From an uncultured Akkermansia sp. (GTDB lineage: Bacteria; Verrucomicrobiota; Verrucomicrobiia; Limisphaerales; UBA9464), in the NCBI GenBank assembly GCA_964430505.1, contig CAYSGH010000011.1, positions 1,589-65,588 of the forward strand: a DNA stretch of 64,000 nucleotides, given 5' to 3'. The notes under the pieces are model-generated. The model was not told the origin of the DNA, searched no databases, and saw only the letters and a program-made list of their open reading frames with translations. This document shows positions 54,863-63,700 of this stretch, piece by piece. Position 1 is the stretch's first letter. The number at the start of each line of letters is the position of its first letter. The translations under genes were made by a program, and so were the position numbers.

Positions 54863-55777
54863 ATGCCGCCCCCGTCCTCGTCCCCCGCAGCCCCGCGCGG
54901 CGCCAGCCCAGCCCGGCTGCGCGCCTGGCGCGACCGCCTCCTGCTTCAGGAGGACCTCAACTTCCTGCTCACCAACCGCGTCCCCCGCATCCTCCTCACG
55001 CGGCTCATGGGCCGCGTGAGCAAGGTGCGCTCCCGCAGGTTCGCCCAGGGCGCCATCGCCCTGTGGCGCCTGTTCACCGACCTCGACCTCTCCGAGGCCC
55101 GCCATCCACGCTTCGACAGCCTCCACGACTGCTTCACCCGCGAGCTGAAGCCCGGGGCGCGGCCCGTGGACCCAGACCCCTCCGTCTTGACGAGCCCCTG
55201 CGATGGCATCGTGGGCGCGATGGGCGAGGCGCGCGGGACCGAGGTGTTCCAGGCCAAGGGGTTCCCATATTCCATCGAGGAGCTGATGGGGGATGCCGCC
55301 ACCGCCGCCCCCTTCCGCGACGGCCTCTTCGTCACGCTCCGGCTCACGTCGTCGATGTACCACCGCTTCCATGCGCCCGACGATGGCCGCATCGAGGGCG
55401 TGACCTACGTGACCGGGGACACCTGGAACGTGAACCCCATTGCCCTCCGCCGCGTCGAGCGGTTGTTCTGCCGCAACGAGCGCGTGGTGGTCCGGATGCG
55501 CCTGCCTGACGGGCGCCCCGCCGCGATGGTCGCCGTGGCGGCCATCCTCGTGGCGTCGGTTCGCCTGCACTTCCTGGACGTCCTGCTTCACCTCCGATGG
55601 CGCGGGCCCAACGTCATCCCCTGCCAGCACCCCGTCCGGCGGGGCGAGGAACTCGGGTGGTTCGAGCACGGCTCCACCATCGTTCTGTTCGTGCCCGGGG
55701 GCTTCAAGCCCTGCCCGGCCATCCAGCCTGGCGCGCGCGTCCGCATGGGCCAGGCCCTCCTGCGCCGTTCCCCTTGA
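54863..55777 (+). CDS. psd: Phosphatidylserine decarboxylase (Asd/PSD family)
   Basis: LLTNRVPRILLTRLMG, SPCDGIVG, SMYHRFHAPDDG and the self-cleavage region GWFEHGSTIVLF. The start is ambiguous (ATG at 54830 or 54863). Confidence 0.85.
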   Translation: MPPPSSSPAAPRGASPARLRAWRDRLLLQEDLNFLLTNRVPRILLTRLMGRVSKVRSRRFAQGAIALWRLFTDLDLSEARHPRFDSLHDCFTRELKPGARPVDPDPSVLTSPCDGIVGAMGEARGTEVFQAKGFPYSIEELMGDAATAAPFRDGLFVTLRLTSSMYHRFHAPDDGRIEGVTYVTGDTWNVNPIALRRVERLFCRNERVVVRMRLPDGRPAAMVAVAAILVASVRLHFLDVLLHLRWRGPNVIPCQHPVRRGEELGWFEHGSTIVLFVPGGFKPCPAIQPGARVRMGQALLRRSP

Positions 55778-55919
55778 AAAACCGCCGTTTGTTTCAAGCC
55801 CAGCATCGCGCCGTCACCGAAATCTTGCAGGCGGGGAGGGGTTCTCCCGGCATCGGCGCCCCACGCGCGTCCATCCGCGGCTCCAAGACGCCCCGTGAAT
55901 CATCCTGCGGACTGGGTCC

Positions 55920-57452
55920 ATGCTTGAACCCAGGCGAGGGGTTTGGTTGAACCCGTTCATGCCGGACCCAGCGTCCTCCCCGCGCGCCCCGTTTGCCTTG
56001 TTGTACCTGCCGCCCTTGGGCGTGCGTCGCGACAACGAGCTCGAAGTTCTGGGCCACAAGCTGGCCACGGCCCTCGACCGCCAGGCGTCCCACGGCCCGA
56101 GTCGCTACGAGGCCGTCCTGGCCATGCGCGAGACAGGGGGCGGGCCGCGATCGTTCTGCCGGATCCTGCGCCGCAGCCCCGGCAACCCGCAGCCCCAGCC
56201 GATCGCGGACGTGTACATGGTGGACTACCGCGACACGTTGCTGGCGCGCCATCGGGGACGCGTGCTGCTGACGCGATGCCTGCTGGCGGCGGTGGGAGCC
56301 CTGGAGCTGGCAAGACGCCTCGGCCTGCACCTGCTGGGCCGTCGCCCCCGTCGCGCCACGCGGCAGGAGGTGTTCCAAACCTTCATGGTCCTCGGCGGCA
56401 TGGCCCTCGTGATCGCGTATCTCTCCATCCTGGTCCTTTCGGCCGCGCGCCTGGCCTCGGAGGTTGCCACGCCCGGTGCTGCCACCCCGGCCGCATCCGC
56501 CGCCGCGTCGTCGTCGTCGTCGTCCACGGCGGCCGACGATTCGGCACGTCGTGCGATTCGGCCCCAGGCAACCACCGAGATGTGGGACGTCCAACCGGGC
56601 ACCCGCTCGGGCGTGCCCTCCCCAAGCGCGCCGCCGCCAGGCATCCGTGAGCCATCGGCCGAGCCTTCCGCGTGGGGTTTGGAGGCCCTGTGGCGCGGGT
56701 GGCGCGGGGGCTATGGCTGGGCGGGGCTCATCGCAAGCCTCGTCCTTGTCCGGCAACTCCTTGCGCGCGACCGGTCGGCCCTCGTCGCGTGGATCACCCG
56801 CATGTCCGAGGAAATGCTCGCGTTCGTGTTTTACTTCGGGCTGGGCGACCGCCGGGCGGAGGTGACCGGGATGGTGGACGAGCATGTGGAGCGGTTGCTC
56901 GAGGAGGACGACGGCTACGAGCGCGTGGGCCTCATGGGCTATAGCTTCGGGAGCATCGTCGCCCTCGACGTGCTCTTCCCGGCGGACAACCTCCGTGCCC
57001 GGCGACTCGAGCGCGTGGACACGCTGGTCACGATCGGGTGCCCGGTGGCCTTCATCCTCACCTATTGGCCCGGCTACTACACGGGGCGCTGCCACGTGCA
57101 ACGGCCCCTCAGGACATGGGCGAACGTCTTCTCGCCGGTGGACGTGCTGGCGACCGAGTTCAACCCGGGGCCACCCGAGCCCGGGCAGGTCCGGCTGGCG
57201 CCGGTGCATGGGACGCCGGACACGTTGGGACGTGGACCGGACCGCGAGCATGCCTTCCGAGAGGGCGCGGTGGAGGGGCGCCTGACATGGTTTGGGGCGT
57301 TGACCTTGCTGGGCATTCGCGCGCACGAGATGTACTGGTCGCCGGACCTCGGCCACGAGCGCAACGGCCTGCACCTGGTCGTCCCGGACCTGTTCCCGGA
57401 GGAAGCCCGGGCCATGGAGTCGCGGGAGGGGGCCGTTGGCGAAGGCCAATAG
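55920..57452 (+). CDS. Hypothetical membrane-associated protein with GxSxG (GYSFGS) hydrolase-like C-terminal domain
   Basis: 510-aa ORF with an ATG start. It has central hydrophobic helices (FMVLGGMALVIAYLSILVLSAA; WAGLIASLVLV) and a Ser run encoded by (TCG)6. The candidate nucleophile elbow is VGLMGYSFGSIVALD. I recognise no family. Confidence 0.55.
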   Translation: MLEPRRGVWLNPFMPDPASSPRAPFALLYLPPLGVRRDNELEVLGHKLATALDRQASHGPSRYEAVLAMRETGGGPRSFCRILRRSPGNPQPQPIADVYMVDYRDTLLARHRGRVLLTRCLLAAVGALELARRLGLHLLGRRPRRATRQEVFQTFMVLGGMALVIAYLSILVLSAARLASEVATPGAATPAASAAASSSSSSTAADDSARRAIRPQATTEMWDVQPGTRSGVPSPSAPPPGIREPSAEPSAWGLEALWRGWRGGYGWAGLIASLVLVRQLLARDRSALVAWITRMSEEMLAFVFYFGLGDRRAEVTGMVDEHVERLLEEDDGYERVGLMGYSFGSIVALDVLFPADNLRARRLERVDTLVTIGCPVAFILTYWPGYYTGRCHVQRPLRTWANVFSPVDVLATEFNPGPPEPGQVRLAPVHGTPDTLGRGPDREHAFREGAVEGRLTWFGALTLLGIRAHEMYWSPDLGHERNGLHLVVPDLFPEEARAMESREGAVGEGQ

Positions 57453-57709
57453 ATTCCAGCCTGAAATCGGCAGTCAAAGAGGGTGCCAAAACGAGGAAAC
57501 GCCCTTCCCATCGGGTCGGATGGGCTCATGGACAGGAACCCAGGGGCTCACCCTGCGGGTGAGGTCGAGGTAGGCCCGGTTCGGCTGTAGGCCGGGTCCC
57601 CTGACCCGGCGCACCGGGCACGAGGCATCGCCGCGTGCCCGCGTGCGGGCCGCACATCGGCGGGGGGGACGTATTTGCGGGCGAGCGCCGCCGTGCGACG
57701 TCGGGCGGG

Positions 57710-60700
57710 TCAAAGTCCCGTGACGCGCAGGCGCACGAAGAACGACCTCATCTGGAGCTCGCCCTGGACCTCGACGGTGACGCGTTCCATGGCCCCGAGG
57801 TCCTCGACGGTCGTGCGGGATGGGAACAGGGCGGACCAACCGTTGAAGTTGTCGGTGAACTGAAGCTGGAAGTTCATCCGGCGTTCCAGCCAGTCGGTCG
57901 GCCGCAGGTAGGTGAGCGCGAGCGTGGGAAGCACGCCCGGCACGGAACGCACGGAGGTGAAGCCCATCTTGTCCCGGGGATCCACGGGCGACGTGCGGTA
58001 AAGGAACTCCAGCGCATTGGACGCCCCGTCGCCGTCGGCGTCGGCGGCCGGGTCACGCGGGAATCCCGGTGGCAGAACGTAGCCGGCCAGCCATGCCTCG
58101 TAGGGTGATGCCGTGGCCGCCACCGAGCGCAACGCGAGGTCGTCGCCCTGGTCGCGGGCCAGGTAGGCCATCCGCCCGCCAAACACGGTGAGGTCCGACG
58201 GGTCGGACGACATCGGCCCCTGGAGCAGGTCCTCGACGAGGACCGTACCCTCGGCGGTGCCGTCCGTGGCCCACAGCTCGCGGCCCTCGGCGGTCGTCTT
58301 GGCGGTGAAGAAGATGCGTCCGGCCCATGGCGTGAGGTCCGCGATGTCGGGCGAGCTGGGGCCGGGCACCAGGTTCTTGACCGGGCGCGTCCCGGCCTCG
58401 GTGCCGTCGGAAAACCAGAGTTCCCGCCCCTCGGCGGCAGTCCCGGCCACGAACACAACGTTGCGTCCCAGGGGCGTGATCCACGCGGGGTCGCTGTCGG
58501 GCTCCATCCAGGAGCCCCCCGAGGCCCGGGCGATGTTCGCGACCATGCGGGTGCCGCCGGGGGTGCCGTCGGTCACCCATGGCTCCGCCCCCCACGCCGT
58601 GGTGCCGTTGAAGAAGGCCCGGTCGCCGGCGACCGCGAGATGGCGGATGGACTGGGCGTGCAGCTCGCCGCGAATGGGGTCGAGGACGCGCCCGAGCGCC
58701 GTCGTGCCCTCCGTGGTCCCGTCGGAAATCCACAGCTCGTGGGGTTCGCCGAATCGAAGGGCGCTGAAGAGGAGCTTGCCGTTCAGGGTGACGGGCTTCA
58801 GCTCGGACACGGGCCGGCCTGCGGTGGGTCCTTCCTCGCGGAACCGACGCGTGCCGGAGTCGCTGCCGTCGGTGGACCAGTACTGGGCGGTGCCTTGGGT
58901 GGCGGCCTGGAAGTAGAGGCGGTCGTTGAACCGGTGAAACCGGTCGATGAAGTCCAAGCCGGAGCCATCGGCGGCCCTGAGAACACGGACGCCATCGGCT
59001 CCACCGGACCAGAGTTCGCGTGGGCGTTGGCCGCTGGCGGAAAAGAGGAGGCGGCCGTTGAGCTCGGCGGATTGGAACAGGGTGTAGGTGGGGTTGGAGC
59101 CTGGGATGGGGAAGGCAACGGGGTCTCCGTCGGCCCCGATGCGCCAGAGGGCGGGGTTGTTTTGGGTGTCCACGCCGGCCGCCCACGCGAAGCCTGCTCC
59201 CGAGGCGATGCGCCACACGTCCAGGGCCACGAGGCGCGAGGTGGGCTCGGGCTCCGAATCCCGCCATTCGTGGAGGATGGCGCGTCGGAGCGCACCGGCT
59301 TGGCCGTTGGTGACAACGAAGGCCCACCCGTTGCCGTGTTCCATCCGGGGCTCCGCAGCCCCCCCGGCGGGCGAGGCCCACACTCGGGATCCGCCCGTCG
59401 GGGTCCATTCGCGCAGGATGGCAAGACGGCCATCGAAGCCGGACACGAGGATGCGGGAACCGTCCTTGCGGAGAAGCAGGGAGGGCCTTGCGGCACCCGT
59501 GTTGAGGTTGGCCAGTCGGCGCGTCCCCGCGGCGCTGCCGTCCGAGACATGAAGCTCCGCCCCATAGATGGGATCCATGGCTCGGAAGAAGACGCGCCCG
59601 CCCACCGGGAGCAGGGACGTGGGATGGCTGGACGCAGGGCCAGCAAAGGAACCCAAGCTTCCAAGGAGGCGATTCACCCAAATGGGCGTCAGGTCGCGCA
59701 CGAGTTCCGGGGCCCGGGTGCCATCCCAGCGCCGAAGCTCGTTCCCGAGCCGTCGGCCTCCGTCCGTGGCTGCGAACCACAGGGAGCCGGGGCCCGCCAC
59801 GAATGCGGACGGCGAGCTTCCCGTTGGGATGGATGCTGCAACGTCTCCGGCGTTCGGGGCGACGTCCCCGACAAGCCGCGTTCCCGCGTCCGTGCCGTCC
59901 GTGACCCAGGGCTCGTCCCCGACGTCCGACGACAGCGCGGCGAACGCGGCCAGCGAGCCCGCGGGGGTGAAGCCCCGTGGCTGGCCGCTGGGGACGCGCC
60001 CGAATGCATCGGGGCCGCCCGGCCAGAAGTCCCGAAGCAACCGGGTTCCCTCCTCGGTGCCGTCCGTCACCCAAAGCTCGCGTCCCTCGAAGGCGGACTC
60101 GGCGGAAAAAACGAGGCGATCCCCGGCCACGGCCATCTCGGGGTCGCCGAACCGCGTCGAAAAGGGCGCGAGGACCTTGAGGACGCGTGTGCCCTCGGTG
60201 GAGCCATCGGACGTCCAGAGTTCGTGGAACCCGGCCCGCACTCGAAGCGCAAACAGGCGGTTGCCCAGGGCGACGAGCCGGTCCCAGCCGGGCGCGCGGA
60301 AGTCCGGCTCCTCGTCCGGATGCACCCGCCGCGTGCCCGCCACGGTGCCGTCGGTACGCCACAAGGCCCGCTGGTCCACGATGAAGTACAGGAGGTCGTC
60401 GGCGACGGTCAGGCGGGTGGGGTTCGAGCTGAAGGGCCCCGGGACCAGGTCCATGAACGGGACGGTCCCCTCGCCGGTGCCGTCGCTGGTCCACAGCTCG
60501 CGCCCGGTGGAACGAACCGTGGCGGCGAACCAGATGCGGTCGCGAAACACGACCAGCCCGGCCGGGTCCGAAGAGTCGTTGGCCTGAGCCGGGATCCGGT
60601 CGGGGTTGATGTCGCGCACGAGCTGGGTTCCGGCCGGGGTGCCATCGGTCGCCCATAGCTCACGACCGGAACCCAGGGTCGGGGTGGAAAACCCGCCGGA

Positions 60701-63700
60701 CTGGTCGGTGGCGGCAAAGAAGACCTTGCCCCGGAAGGAGACGAAGCCGGACGGGTCCGAGCCTTGGGGTTTGGGATTCAACCCTTCGGACAAGCCAGGG
60801 TTGATGTCCTTGAGCAGGCTGGTCCCGCCCGGGGTGCCGTCGGTGCGCCAAAGCTCCAACCCCTCGCGGCGCGTGAGCGCGGTGAACAAGACGACGTTCG
60901 AGACGGTGGCCACGGGCGTGGGGACGGAATCGCCGTCGCCGATGGCTTGCAGGAGGGGCGCGGTGAACGGGACGTGGTCCAGGCGCACCGAGAGTCGGCC
61001 CGGATCGCCCGGAGCCTCGACCCACACGTCCCTCTCGACGGCCGTCGCGGGGTCGCCCTCGATCTCGACGCGCAGTCGTCGGGGGCCCGGCGGCCCGGAC
61101 AGGGATCCGAAGGCGAGCGCAACCCGGGCATACCGGGCGGCGACGTAGCCCGCCAAGCTCGGCTGGGCCGCCGCCGTCTGGTCTTCGAGAAGCCCGGCCA
61201 CGACGCCATCGCCATCCACGTCGAATCGGGCCCGGAATACCGGGAGCGCGGCGGCCGTGGAGGGAACGGGAGCCTCGAGGCTCACGAGGTGCGTGGACCC
61301 CACTCGCCATGGGTCGTTGGCCAAGGGGGCATGGACCACCACGCCGCGCGTGACCTCGACCGGAACCTCTTGGAGGCCGGCCTGCCCGACGGGGTCCACG
61401 GCGCGGAGAAGGACACGGCGCGTCCCGGGCCCGCCGGTGACAACGGGGAAGGTGGCCTGAAATCGATCCGCCCCGAGGAGCGTGGCCTCGAGGACCTCGT
61501 CAGGCGACACGACGCCATCCCCGTTGGCATCGAAGGAAACCGTGAGCCGCGCGATGCCCTGGTCGTCCCGGGCTTGGCCGGAGACCGTGAGCGGTCCACC
61601 GAGGCGCACGGGGTCGGAGGCCTCGGGGTTGAGGAGCCACAGGCTGGGCGGCCCCGCGTCCACCAGCTCCAGCGAGCGCGAGACCACGGTTCGGTTGCCG
61701 GTGACGTCCGCCGCCTCGACCCGGATCGTGCGGGTGCCCGGGGGCCCCCGGAACATCGGGTAGAGGTCGATGTCGCGGATGACGGACGCGCCGCCACCCA
61801 CGGGGAGGACCTGCCTCTCAAACGCCCCGGGGCCGCCCAGGATGCCGTCGCCGTTGGCGTCCAGGGACCACGCCAGCTCGGCGATGCCGCTGTCGTCGGT
61901 GGCCTGCACGCGCAGCCGGAGCTGCGCGGGGCCGTAGCCCATGCGGCTGCCCTCGGCAGGTCCCGACTCGATGACGAGCGTCGGCGGAGCGGTGTCCGGT
62001 GGCGTCACGCGAACGCCGACCTCGCGCGTGGCGCGGTTGAGCCACGCGTCCTCGGAGACGATGCGGAGCGTGCGGACGCCGGCCGCGCCGGAGGACTGCG
62101 GCAGCATGGCCACGCGCGTCCTCGGTTGGAGGGCTTCGGCAAGGACGGCTGGAAAGACCTCGGAGGCGGGATCGACGGAGCCGTTGCCATCGACGTCGAA
62201 CTCGACCCATGCCCGCACGAGGCCGTCCTCGGTCTCGTTGTCTTGGGTGCGCAGCCGAATCGCCACCGGGCCGCGCGAGGGCAGGGAGTCACCCTCGCGC
62301 GGCGTGACCGCCTCGACGACCGGGGGCGTGGTGTCGGGGAAGCTCCCGGACCCGACGAGAATGCGAGGGGAAAGCGAGGTGACGTTGCCGGCGGGGTCGG
62401 TCGCCTCGACGACGACGGCGCGGGGGCCGTCGGGGCCGGACAAGGAGAAGGTGGCACGGTAGCGGTCGCCACCCAACGAGGCGGGAACGACGACCTCGTC
62501 CGGACCCATGGGGGATCCGTCGCCGTTGGCATCCAGACGTGCACGGAGCTGGGCGAGGGCGACGTTGTCGGAGGCGGTGAACTCAAAGGCGAAGGTGGAC
62601 CCGGTGCTGACGCGGATGGGACCGGCCGGCGTGAGCCACGAGAGCCGGGGCGGTTGCCGATCCAGGGCGTCGGCGGCGAGTTCGACGGGGCCGGGGTCAT
62701 CGGGGGTGTGAACGGGCGGCAGGGCGGCGGCGTAGCGCATTTGGCTGTTGCCGAGGTTCCATGGGGTGGCCCATGCATCCATGCGGAGGTAGGCCCACTC
62801 GTTGAAGCCGAGTGGGTCGGAACCGTTGGAGTAGCTGTCCACGACGCCGGGAAGGAGGGCGTCGGGGGCCAGGCCCGGGGGCGCGGGAAGGTTCGTTTGT
62901 GCATCCGGGCAGCTCCCCCCTCCGAGCACGAGCGGGACCTGGGGCTCGATCCGGCTCAGGTGGGTGTAGCTCATGACGCTCCAGTGGACGTCCCCGCGAT
63001 GGGCGCAGGCGGTTTCGTTGCCGCCGTGGGCAAGGCCGAGGGTGTGGCCGATCTCGTGGGAGAGGATGCGGCCAAGGTAGGTTGCGGAGAGCGTCGGGTG
63101 CAGGCCGGGAAGTTGGATGCTGGGCATGGAGACCACGATGTCGTTGCCCGGAAGCCGATGGCCATTGAGGGCCTCCGCTCCCCCGAGGACGTCCCGGAAG
63201 AAGGCCTCGGAAAGGGCGGAGGCCCCGCTGTTGAGCAAGATGACGTGCCCGCCCACCACCGGCTCGGGACGCGGCATCGGCCCCTCGATGGCGATCACGA
63301 TTCCCGTCGCGTTGCCGTTGGCATCCGTGATGGCGGCGATGCCGTCAGGCGGGATTCGACGGACTTCGCCCGCCGCCGGGCCATCCGGGAACCCGACCCA
63401 TCGAAGATTCAGGACCTTGCGCAAGTTGGCAGGGCTCACCGGCTGGGCGAAGGCGACCCTCATCTTCTGGCCCTCCACGGCCGCAACGGTGAACGTGACG
63501 GGCGCGCCATGGGTGGCATCGACGTGGCCCAGCAAGCTGAGGAAGTCCCCCAGCACGGCGTAGCGAAACGCGAACTCGCGGGCGTTCTTGTCGGCGGTCC
63601 CGAAGTACCGGTCCTTGACGGCGTCCAGGGGAGCCACCGTGAAGCCTCCCAGCGTCGCGCGGTCGGGCGAGCCGATCTGGAGGATGTCGGGCCGCGCCCC

